Below are positions 42,254 to 51,047 of a stretch of 64,000 nt of DNA, in pieces. Location: positions 32,001-96,000 of IMG/VR virus record IMGVR_UViG_3300023276_000007; one strand, written 5' to 3'. The notes beneath the pieces are model-generated. The model ran no database searches, had not been told where the DNA came from, and saw only the letters and a list, made by a program, of their open reading frames with translations. Within the stretch, counting starts at the first letter, position 1. Each line of letters starts with the position of its first letter. Position numbers and translations under genes: made by a program. Origin of the DNA: a virus.

Positions 42254-42841
42254 ATGGCCATTACATATACAATAGAAGCAGACCCTACCGCAGGCGGAAA
42301 CGATGCGAATAACGCAGACTTTGACATAGAGAATCCAGACGTACTGGAGCTGTCCTCTAATGCACCTTTAGCAGGCGGTAGTTATAAAGTTACAGTAAAA
42401 GCTGTTGATGGCGTATCTGGTGAGTTTGGCTATGGCTTCTTTACGGTAGTAATCAACCCTAGAATCACAGCCCTAACACTGAATCAGACTAACGTACCTA
42501 TCGTTGGCGATTCTGCAGGTACTCTTGTTGGTGACCTTCAAGTTACTGGCGGTACTGCTCCGTTCACGTTTGCTTTAGTAGCAGGTGCAGGAGATGGAGA
42601 TAACGGTAACTATCAAGTAAACGTTGCTGATATTGAAGTAAAGGCTGCGGCTGTCTTGACAGACCCAACTGACGCAATAAGAGTAGAAGTTACTGATGCG
42701 GCGGGTGACACGTTTGAGCAAGCACTCACAGTCAACGTACAACCAGTAACAGGAACTCTGACAGTTATATTGACTCTAGGATCTCCACTATTCGACGACG
42801 ACAGTCCTACAACAGACGTCGGTACAGTAAGCGCGTCTTAA
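42254..42841 (+). CDS. Cadherin-like protein (half + full + half domain)
   Basis: SD GAGG; FALVAGAGDGDN..IRVEVTD..FEQALTV; N-terminus nearly identical to next ORF. Confidence 0.7.
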   Translation: MAITYTIEADPTAGGNDANNADFDIENPDVLELSSNAPLAGGSYKVTVKAVDGVSGEFGYGFFTVVINPRITALTLNQTNVPIVGDSAGTLVGDLQVTGGTAPFTFALVAGAGDGDNGNYQVNVADIEVKAAAVLTDPTDAIRVEVTDAAGDTFEQALTVNVQPVTGTLTVILTLGSPLFDDDSPTTDVGTVSAS

Positions 42842-42866
42842 CCTAGCGCAGACAAAGGAAGCGTAA

Positions 42867-44711
42867 ATGGCTATAACATATACAATAGCAGCAGATCCAA
42901 CGGCGTCGGGAAACGACGCCAATAACTTGGACTTTGAAATAGAGAACCCAGACGTACTGGAGTTATCTGCTAACGCCCCTTTGACTGCCGCCACCTATAA
43001 GGTAACGGTAAAAGCCGTTGATGGTGTATCTGGTGAATTTGGCTACGGCTTCTTTGACGTAGTAATCAACGCGGCTGTCACAGCGCTATCCCTTAATCAA
43101 ACAAACACCCCTCAGGCGGGTGACCCAGTAGACACTTTAGTAGGTGACCTCCAAGTTACAGGGGGAACTGCTCCTTACACGTTTGCTTTAGTAGCAGGTG
43201 CTGGTGATGGTGACAACACACATTACCAAGTTGATGGTTCTAATATAGAGTTAAGTGCCTCTGGCGGCACAACAGCCGGAACTGATGCAATAAGAGTAGA
43301 AGTTACCGACGATAAAGGCTATACGTTTGAACAATCTTTAACTGTTAATATAGCCGTTGCTCCGACCACGACCACTACGGCCGCCGCTACTACGGCACCT
43401 CCAGGACCACTAGCCTGTGGAACCCCTAATAGCGACCCTACTATGATCGTTACTATGTCCTGGACGGATGTTGATGTAACCAAGAGTTACCTAGGGTGTA
43501 CCTGGACTAATGGGGAAACTAAAGAATTATATACCACCTTCTATCAGGCAGTGGTTGGATCGCTGGAAACGTGGCGTAGAGATGCAGGACCAGACCCACA
43601 ACTGTTTCATTTACACGGTAATGAATATTATCCGGGGACAGCCCCCTCCCTCTACGAAACCATATTGGGAGGAGCTAGTATCGGCGTAGTATATCATACT
43701 AATTATAGACTTCAGATCTTTAAGGATTCAACTTTTACAGGATCCTCTGGCAATGTAGGAGTAAGTGCGTCCTCCCCGACAGCGGGTGCTCTAGTTACGG
43801 GTGCCCCTATAGCCCCAAGTCATAAAAGTGGTTCGGTCACTTTCACGAATGGCATCACCGTAAGTTGGGGGGAAGGTAACTTATGGCCACCACCGATTAC
43901 GGATATAACCCTTAACCAGACTAATACACCGACAGAGGGTGACCCAGTAGCTACTTTGATTGGTGACTTAACACCGACAGGTGGTACTGCATCATTTACG
44001 TATGCACTGGTAGCTGGTACCGGAGACACTGATAACTCTCATTACCAAATAACCGGCGCTAACCTAGAGTTAAGTGCCTCTGGTGGCTCAACATCCTTAA
44101 CAGACTCAGTACGTATAGAAGTGACTGATGCGACTGGACGTAAATTCGAGAAGGCCTTTACTGTGACAGTCGACCCCGTACCTATGGCAAGCCCTTGTTT
44201 ACCAGACCTCGGACATCCGTCTATGCTAGTAACACTGTCCTGGACAGGAGGACCAGCCACTAGGACATTCTTAGGGTGTACTGATTGGGCACCAGGACAA
44301 CAGCGCGTAGTGAACGCAACTGGCTATAACTTAACTTACACGCCGACCACCGCAGTATCTGGCGTTAATTCTGCTGGATGGAATGCTGCCGGCGGTGGCG
44401 ACGGCGACCTTATTAGATTCGGAGGGACTACCCTTCTAAGCTCATTCTCTAGTAGACAAGCTGGTAGCGTACGGTTTAACGGTATAGAGGGTGTCATCGG
44501 TGCCCCTGCCGACCCAACCTTCTCAATCTTTCGAGTTGACTTTAAATCCTTTACTGGCTACAACGGGAGCTTCAACAACTTAGTTACGGCAGGGTTCAGT
44601 CCTACTAAAACTAATGTCGGCGTAGGGGTACCTCTAGACGCCAGTAGAAAGAGCGGCTCAGTTACCGATGTAAACGGTATTACGTATAGCTGGCAACCTA
44701 ACGGCTGGTAG
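42867..44711 (+). CDS. Cadherin-like adhesin with Thr-rich linker and two variable domains
   Basis: Two full cadherin-like domains, PTTTTTAAATTAPP linker, two P(T/S)M.VT.SWT domains. Confidence 0.7.
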   Translation: MAITYTIAADPTASGNDANNLDFEIENPDVLELSANAPLTAATYKVTVKAVDGVSGEFGYGFFDVVINAAVTALSLNQTNTPQAGDPVDTLVGDLQVTGGTAPYTFALVAGAGDGDNTHYQVDGSNIELSASGGTTAGTDAIRVEVTDDKGYTFEQSLTVNIAVAPTTTTTAAATTAPPGPLACGTPNSDPTMIVTMSWTDVDVTKSYLGCTWTNGETKELYTTFYQAVVGSLETWRRDAGPDPQLFHLHGNEYYPGTAPSLYETILGGASIGVVYHTNYRLQIFKDSTFTGSSGNVGVSASSPTAGALVTGAPIAPSHKSGSVTFTNGITVSWGEGNLWPPPITDITLNQTNTPTEGDPVATLIGDLTPTGGTASFTYALVAGTGDTDNSHYQITGANLELSASGGSTSLTDSVRIEVTDATGRKFEKAFTVTVDPVPMASPCLPDLGHPSMLVTLSWTGGPATRTFLGCTDWAPGQQRVVNATGYNLTYTPTTAVSGVNSAGWNAAGGGDGDLIRFGGTTLLSSFSSRQAGSVRFNGIEGVIGAPADPTFSIFRVDFKSFTGYNGSFNNLVTAGFSPTKTNVGVGVPLDASRKSGSVTDVNGITYSWQPNGW

Positions 44712-44713
44712 TT

Positions 44714-45211
44714 ATGGATAATCACGGAGTGACGATACATCTCTACGGGTACCCATGCTCCGGTAAAACTACGATAGGTGGTTCGTTAGCTAAAGCATTA
44801 GGTAGAACTATAATCCTAGATGGCGACTATGTAAGAAAACATATAAGCAAAGACTTAGGATTTTCTAAGAAGGACCGTATAGAGAACGCCCGCAGAATAG
44901 GTAGCTATACCTCCCTATTAAACGACCAAGGGTTTAATGCGGTAGTATGTACAGTAGCTCCTCATAAGAAGTGTCGAAGACTAATACGCGACCACGTCAA
45001 GTACTACACCTCTGTGTTTATAGACACACCTTTAAAGGATTGTATAATGCGTGACACTAAAGGTATGTACAAGAAGGCTGTGTCCGGAGAGATACAAAAT
45101 TTTACAGGAGTACATTCTTTTATAGATAGAGGTACACCCGACATCGTAGTAACACCTGGGCCAGTACATCTTCAAGTCCAGTACATAATTTCACAATTGG
45201 CTGGAAATTAA
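44714..45211 (+). CDS. cysC: Adenylyl-sulfate (APS) kinase
   Basis: P-loop GYPCSGKTT; LDGDYVRK..SKDLGFSKKDRIENARRIG; RDTKGMYKKA..GEIQNFTG. Confidence 0.93.
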   Translation: MDNHGVTIHLYGYPCSGKTTIGGSLAKALGRTIILDGDYVRKHISKDLGFSKKDRIENARRIGSYTSLLNDQGFNAVVCTVAPHKKCRRLIRDHVKYYTSVFIDTPLKDCIMRDTKGMYKKAVSGEIQNFTGVHSFIDRGTPDIVVTPGPVHLQVQYIISQLAGN

Positions 45212-45265
45212 GTACTAACTGTTTATACTAACTACACTAATACGAAAACAAAAAAGGTACTAACT

Positions 45266-46390
45266 ATGTTGAATATCGTAAGCGGTTGTCCTCGCTCTGG
45301 GACTAGTCTATTAATGAACGTCATGCTCTCCATCTTTGGTGAAAAAAACATTATGGGTGGTGGCAAGCCCAACCTTGACTTTGACTACGACGCTGAGCTT
45401 GCTAAGCTAAGCAACAGAGAACAGGCTATGGTTTGGTCTCAAGAGAGAGCCTTAGCTGCAAAAGGCCAGACGAGAGAAAAGAGGTTGGAGATACAAGCGA
45501 AAACTATGGATCTTAACCCCAACGGGTTCTTCGAGTGTCAGTACAGCGTTCAAGGTATTTCCTATAACTACCCAGACCGCGAGCAACTTAAAAAGTATGT
45601 TAGCGACGGCGGGGATAAACTATGCATGAAAATAGTCTCCAGTGGTCTGCGGGTTAGTGACCCAAGGTTTATTGGGAAGGTAGTCTACCTTATAAGACAT
45701 CCTAGGTCTGTAGCTAAAAGCCAAGAAAGGCTACGTACGCAGCTTGATATGCTTTTTGAATCAAACCCTGGTTATGAGGATATGAAGCAAAAGATGGTTA
45801 TACATTCCCCGCGTATGTATATCAACTCTACAAGAGCAGCTTCCGAGTTTTTCCTAGAGAATCCAGACATACCTGTTCATCCATTACACTACGACGAGCT
45901 CATTGCTACTCCTGAGAAAGTTATTAAAGACTTAGCGGGATTCTTGGGTAAGAACAAAAAAACCGTATGGTCTAAGGCTAAAGGTATCGTAGATCCTAAG
46001 TTAAAGAGAAGTTACCCTGAAGATATCGAAAGTGACCTATGGGAAGACGCAGAAGAGGTTTACCGACTTTTTGATAAGCAAGACTACCAAGGCGTTGTCG
46101 ACTACCTCAAGCCTATGCACAGAAACACTAATCAAGCAAACTCTAATTGGGTATGTGCACGTAACGGTATTCTGACTAACAAGGCACAGTGTACAAACTG
46201 CATCAATAATGAAACCGTAAGAACCAACTTTAAAAAAGCAGCTAACGAGAAGAAGATTGATTGGCGTAATGAGCCTTGCCTCTTTGAGTGCGGTATGAAC
46301 CTCTCCTTAGAAGACGATAAGGTACTTACCTTAGAAGAAAGCACCAAGAATAACTTCTGGAGAGCAGGTGCTGAAAGGCTGGTTAAATGA
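45266..46390 (+). CDS. PAPS-dependent sulfotransferase with Cys-rich C-terminus
   Basis: 5'-PSB motif SGCPRSGTSLLM; 3'-PB motif LIRHPRSVAKS; YDELIATP...L..FLG. Confidence 0.85.
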   Translation: MLNIVSGCPRSGTSLLMNVMLSIFGEKNIMGGGKPNLDFDYDAELAKLSNREQAMVWSQERALAAKGQTREKRLEIQAKTMDLNPNGFFECQYSVQGISYNYPDREQLKKYVSDGGDKLCMKIVSSGLRVSDPRFIGKVVYLIRHPRSVAKSQERLRTQLDMLFESNPGYEDMKQKMVIHSPRMYINSTRAASEFFLENPDIPVHPLHYDELIATPEKVIKDLAGFLGKNKKTVWSKAKGIVDPKLKRSYPEDIESDLWEDAEEVYRLFDKQDYQGVVDYLKPMHRNTNQANSNWVCARNGILTNKAQCTNCINNETVRTNFKKAANEKKIDWRNEPCLFECGMNLSLEDDKVLTLEESTKNNFWRAGAERLVK

Positions 46391-47325
46391 ACAAACTAAC
46401 CTGTATTCTAACCTTCTTAAATGAAGGTATAGAAGTCTTTAGGACGGTTAAAAGCATACGGGACAGTGTAGGGGATACTGTAGATATCTTATTGGTAGAC
46501 GACTCCAGTACAGATGGGGTGCCCTATAAAGTTGTTGCCAACAAATTTAACTGTGACTATGTGAAGTCGGATACTCGACAAGGAGTGGCTGGCGCGAGAG
46601 ATCTTGGAGTGTCTTTAGCTAAGACGCCATACTGTATACTCTTCGATGCCCACATGAGGTTCGACAAAAGAAGTAATTGGGCAGAACGAGTTGTAGAAGA
46701 AATAGAAAATAACGACAGGCGTATTTACTGCACAACTTGTGTATCCTTGTGGTATCCGTTTATAGAGCAGTCCCAAAGTGTTACCCACCAAAGAAGCACA
46801 GGAGCTTACCTAGCGACATCTTTCAAGGATAGCCACACTAGCCTTGCGGCTAAGTGGATACCGCTCAAACTAACAGGCGTAGAACCAGTTCCTTTAGTTC
46901 TTGGGGCGACCTATGCCTTCTCTGTAGAGTACTACCGTGAGTTGCGAGGTTTAGCCGGCTTGAAGTATTATGGCAGTGACGAACCTTGGATATCCCTAAA
47001 GTCTTGGGCGATAGGTGATGGCTGCGCAGTTATAACAGATGTTAACATAGGCCACCTATTCCGATCCAAGCACCCGTATCCAGCGTATGGACTAGACGCC
47101 CTCTATAATAAACTTTTTATGGCGGCTGTAGTTTTTCCTAAGAAGACTAAGTGGTTAGAGGACCTAATGAGGTTGGGCGGCCCAAAGGTAAGTAAGATGT
47201 TTAAAGAAAATGAAACTCAGTTTAGGGAAACAAGGTCTTGGTTTGCAGAAGTGGAGAAGCCCGGCTGGCGGGAGACATTCTCTCAATTGAATGGAGAATT
47301 TACTGAACAGGTAATTACGTTATGA
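46387..47325 (+). CDS. GT-A glycosyltransferase resembling polypeptide GalNAc-transferase (GT27/GT2-like)
   Basis: FLNE, RTVKSI, ILLVDDSS, GVAGAR, FDAH, YGSDE, GHLFR..HPY. Confidence 0.85.
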   Translation: MNKLTCILTFLNEGIEVFRTVKSIRDSVGDTVDILLVDDSSTDGVPYKVVANKFNCDYVKSDTRQGVAGARDLGVSLAKTPYCILFDAHMRFDKRSNWAERVVEEIENNDRRIYCTTCVSLWYPFIEQSQSVTHQRSTGAYLATSFKDSHTSLAAKWIPLKLTGVEPVPLVLGATYAFSVEYYRELRGLAGLKYYGSDEPWISLKSWAIGDGCAVITDVNIGHLFRSKHPYPAYGLDALYNKLFMAAVVFPKKTKWLEDLMRLGGPKVSKMFKENETQFRETRSWFAEVEKPGWRETFSQLNGEFTEQVITL

Positions 47326-48017
47326 ATGAAGTCTACTTAGTAAGCAAACATACTTCCTACCGAAATATGGGGCTAATGGAGCAAGAAACGTTACAGAGTG
47401 GTTTTGTAGCTGCCTTAGACGGTTATCTTGATGGACCTTTCTTAGAGTCTGGTGTAGTGCCTATGATGCAGCTATACACACCCGAAAATGGGATACCTAC
47501 GGAAGTTGTAGGAACTAACGTGGTCAGCCTTAGCTACTCTGGAAAGGTGCGGAACGCTTTAGATAAAATATTTAATTACTTCCCAGCAGACCAGGCCGTT
47601 GTGGTTAGAGTATTAGGCGCCGACCTTCTTGAAGAACTGACAGCAGATCCAGAGTTCTATGAGATTATAGAGGAGTGGGTTAGCAGGGATCGGGGCGTTA
47701 GTGTCGTCTACGACGGAGCAGTTGCTTCCCCAAACCACTTGATACCTATCTATACATTTAAAGATAAGAAACCTATCCGAAATGATGGTGGTGCGTATGC
47801 CTGCGACCTCGACTATCGATGTAAAGACTATAGCCGTAAGGATGAAAGCCATGTTTCCAGAGAAGTATATTTGAAGAGGTGGAATACTTGTATAGGCTGC
47901 CCTGCTATGAAGCAGAGCGGAAAGACCATGCAGTGCTCGCTATGCACCTGCGCAATGAAAATCAAAGCTAAATGGAAAAGTGCCACCTGCAGTGACAAGG
48001 CAAACCGTAAGTGGTAA
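47322..48017 (+). CDS. Protein with C-terminal Cys cluster (DUF6171-like)
   Basis: RWNTCIGCP...QCSLCTC..KIKA....C.....W. Confidence 0.5.
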   Translation: MNEVYLVSKHTSYRNMGLMEQETLQSGFVAALDGYLDGPFLESGVVPMMQLYTPENGIPTEVVGTNVVSLSYSGKVRNALDKIFNYFPADQAVVVRVLGADLLEELTADPEFYEIIEEWVSRDRGVSVVYDGAVASPNHLIPIYTFKDKKPIRNDGGAYACDLDYRCKDYSRKDESHVSREVYLKRWNTCIGCPAMKQSGKTMQCSLCTCAMKIKAKWKSATCSDKANRKW

Positions 48018-48085
48018 CACCTTATTCAGGTGGACGTTTCGGTGTTTAGCATATATAATTAAGAAAGCTTATGAGGAATTTATAA

Positions 48086-48487
48086 ATGCCCGCATCGATA
48101 ACGTTAAAAAGAACAGTAAGGAAGTCCGACCCAGCACTTTACATGGGCTATGCTATGATAGTAGAGGTCACCAACGCCATCGATGTAGCGGAGGAGATAT
48201 TCGTCATACAGCGTAAGGTAGCTCCTTCGGTTTCCGCAGAAGATGATGAGAAGACTGACCGATTTATGAAAGTAGGATCTCCTGTTGACCTACAAGACTA
48301 CCCACCAGCCCCTACAGAGTTTACCGAAGATATACCCTATTACCGTGTAGCATCCGTTGAACTGTGGTTCCGGACTGAAGAGGAACGAGATGACACTTGG
48401 ACCCTTATACAAGAAGATGTTACCGGCCTATTAAACTTTTTAAACAACCACTTAGACGATACGTTTACAGAGGAGGTTACTCTTTAA
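48086..48487 (+). CDS. Hypothetical virion-associated protein
   Basis: SD GAGGA; EIFVIQR..SPVDLQDYP..PYYRV. Confidence 0.55.
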   Translation: MPASITLKRTVRKSDPALYMGYAMIVEVTNAIDVAEEIFVIQRKVAPSVSAEDDEKTDRFMKVGSPVDLQDYPPAPTEFTEDIPYYRVASVELWFRTEEERDDTWTLIQEDVTGLLNFLNNHLDDTFTEEVTL

Positions 48488-48762
48488 TGGTAGTGGTTAT
48501 AAGTATAGGTTTAGTAGGAAACGCCCTACGGAGTAGTAAATTTAAGAGTGCATTCCCTGAGTTCAATGGGATCGTAACACAACCTAAGACAGGGTGTCCT
48601 GGTTGTGGTTCTCGCAGTAAACAATTAGTGGCCCCTACTCAGGTATCTGTTTTCTTGCGTATCATGGAGTCCCTACCTACAAGTAAGCTTGCATCTTTTA
48701 AAAAGTATTTTAACGCTGGGTCTTTACAATACCGGCTAAACAATGAAGTGAGAACATTATGA
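48487..48762 (+). CDS. Small protein with CPGC motif
   Basis: TAATG coupling gives start 48487; GCPGCG. Confidence 0.5.
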   Translation: MVVVISIGLVGNALRSSKFKSAFPEFNGIVTQPKTGCPGCGSRSKQLVAPTQVSVFLRIMESLPTSKLASFKKYFNAGSLQYRLNNEVRTL

Positions 48763-50987
48763 GCAAAGATAGATCTAACGCTTTCAGCCCTGATCAGGGC
48801 TACAGTCCTATAGGTGATGACGTTAAGTATGCGCACATGGTGCCAGTGCTTGACGAAAACGGGTTACTAGACTCTAGCCTCTTTAACGTCGACACAGGTT
48901 CTCCTTCTGGCGGTGTATTAATTGACCAAGGGTTTTACTACATCGACGTAATCAACGGTAACGACACTACAGGCGACGGAACTATAAGCCTACCTTACCA
49001 GACCATCAATAAGGCAATCGCCGACGATGTTGCTAAGGCTGGGGCAAATACTACGCTGGTACTCAGCCTGCTAGGTTCTACTGGAACCAACTACGCAGCA
49101 GCAGCTACTGCAGAAGCTAGACATGAAAAGGTTGTTATACAGAGTACATTAGGCGTTCCTGCAAATGTTGACAGTTTTACTTTTAATAATACACCTGTTG
49201 GTGGTAACGTGGAGCTTCTAGTTACGCAAGGCGTTAAAGTTGCCGCGGCTACAAGTAGCGACGGTGCTGTCGACTTCACAGTAGACTGTAGAGATGGTGG
49301 CTATGTCACTACAGCCAGCACTGCGCTAACAGGAACCTTCTATTCTTATGGGAACCTAAACCCAGCAATGTCGCCAGGTTTCACTTTTGTACCTTTTATA
49401 GACGCCACCTTCGTCAGCTACACTCCTGGCGACGCAGGCGACTGGTCAAGTGTACCATCACTAGCTTCTGCTGCTTTAGATATATTAGCTAACGACTTGG
49501 CAAATAAACTTAATGTTGCCGTAGGTGCGGTGGCAGCCGGAGAGCTTGCCGTATTTGATGACGCTACCGGAGAGAACATATCTTCTGCAAGCATCTTAGC
49601 ATCTGCACTCTACACAACCCTAGCAGATGCTGGTGGTGGTTTATCACTCATTAACGCAGATGCTGCCCCTTCTTTAACTTTTAATACTTTTGGCGACAAT
49701 GCACACCCTGCGTTAACTATGTCTAATATCTCAGACGTACTTACTGTGAGCTTTCTTCCAGGTAACTTAGACCACGACGAGCTTAACGGCATAGGCGATG
49801 ATGACCATACTCAGTATGTACATAATACTGTAGACAGGACTATCTCGGCCAGTCACACGTTTAACCCTACAGTAGCAGGTACTCCTTTTATTCTTGGAGC
49901 AAATGCCCTTGACCAATTGGTAACAGGACTTAACGCAGAGAAGCTAAGTGGTAACGTTGCGTCGGACAATGTTTGGAATGCAGGATTCTTCGACGGTATA
50001 GTCGCAGACGCCGCAGGTATCACTGACACACAGTATATGGCGTATGACCTAGCACAGAATAAGTTTTTACCAGCGTCGCCGTTAATCCCTACAGTAGCTC
50101 AGTTCAACGCTGATAAGATTGTAGGTAAAACTGTTGATGACGCCAACATAGCCGACGGAAGAGTGTTGGCGTATAACTTATCAACTACGAACCTTGAATA
50201 TGTAGACGTGTTGAATCCGGCAGTAGCTCAGTTCAACGCTAACCGCATACAGGATATCACTGTAGACCTTACTGGTATGTCGGATCAGGATGTTCTTCTT
50301 TATAATCTTGGCACAAATACTTTTATCGCATCAAGCTCTCTTAATCCGTCGGTGGCTCAGTTCAACGCAAGTCAGATACAGAGTAAGGTTGTCAACGATG
50401 CAGCAATCGCAGATACTAACGTATTGGCCTATGACCTAGGTGGTGACGAGATCATTTATAGAGCTATCCCTCTAGAGACTACAGAATCTTTCAATGCCAA
50501 CCAGATCATGAGTAAGACTGTTAATAATACAGCCATCGCTGACAAGTACGCTCTTCTGTATGACCTAGGTGGTGACGAGATAATTTATGCACCAGTTCCG
50601 TTTGCAGAGTCTGGTGTTAGAGCTATTGAGTACAGGTTCCTTGCAGATGACGTAGATCTTAAGTCTCTGTCAGACACTACCATATTTACAGTACCTGCAG
50701 GGCAGAGAGTTGTTATCGACGAAGTGCAGGTTCTTATAAAAGATGCTTCAGGAGTAACAATACCACCTGAAGTATCTGCAGGTATTACAGGTGATACTAC
50801 CAAGTACGTAGCAGCCGTAGTGTTAGGTGCCCCGTCAATAACCGCTGGTAACAGAGAGGACCTTACACTAGCAAGTTTGACACAAGTGTCGGCAGGAGAA
50901 GATATTACTTTCTCAGTAACCACAGTAGGCACAGCGACAGGCTCTTATACAGCTACTATACTAATCAGAGGAACAATATTAATTTAG
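48759..50987 (+). CDS. Tail fibre/spike protein with ~39-aa repeats
   Basis: YYIDVINGNDTTGDGTISLPYQTINKAI (DUF1565-like motif); DDDHTQYV; (Q/S)FNAxxI...LxY repeats. Confidence 0.65.
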   Translation: MSKDRSNAFSPDQGYSPIGDDVKYAHMVPVLDENGLLDSSLFNVDTGSPSGGVLIDQGFYYIDVINGNDTTGDGTISLPYQTINKAIADDVAKAGANTTLVLSLLGSTGTNYAAAATAEARHEKVVIQSTLGVPANVDSFTFNNTPVGGNVELLVTQGVKVAAATSSDGAVDFTVDCRDGGYVTTASTALTGTFYSYGNLNPAMSPGFTFVPFIDATFVSYTPGDAGDWSSVPSLASAALDILANDLANKLNVAVGAVAAGELAVFDDATGENISSASILASALYTTLADAGGGLSLINADAAPSLTFNTFGDNAHPALTMSNISDVLTVSFLPGNLDHDELNGIGDDDHTQYVHNTVDRTISASHTFNPTVAGTPFILGANALDQLVTGLNAEKLSGNVASDNVWNAGFFDGIVADAAGITDTQYMAYDLAQNKFLPASPLIPTVAQFNADKIVGKTVDDANIADGRVLAYNLSTTNLEYVDVLNPAVAQFNANRIQDITVDLTGMSDQDVLLYNLGTNTFIASSSLNPSVAQFNASQIQSKVVNDAAIADTNVLAYDLGGDEIIYRAIPLETTESFNANQIMSKTVNNTAIADKYALLYDLGGDEIIYAPVPFAESGVRAIEYRFLADDVDLKSLSDTTIFTVPAGQRVVIDEVQVLIKDASGVTIPPEVSAGITGDTTKYVAAVVLGAPSITAGNREDLTLASLTQVSAGEDITFSVTTVGTATGSYTATILIRGTILI

Positions 50988-51047
50988 TAAGTTTGAAAGT
51001 ATAATAATTTATTTTATGTTATAGTTAAGTTAACCGGAGAATTGTAA

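Noticed and set aside
42839-42867. Stop readthrough fusing ORFs 42254 and 42867
   Set aside because: The 25-nt gap is out of frame, 42867 has its own SD, and the same N-terminus independently starts 42254
44714-45211. cysC as a plain sulfate-assimilation auxiliary gene
   Set aside because: No cysH or sulfite reductase in the window, and it sits next to a PAPS-consuming sulfotransferase; disfavoured but not excluded
47980-48486. ORF 47980-48216 and the upstream extension of 48397
   Set aside because: They overlap better-supported ORF 48086 in other frames; TAATG coupling favours start 48487
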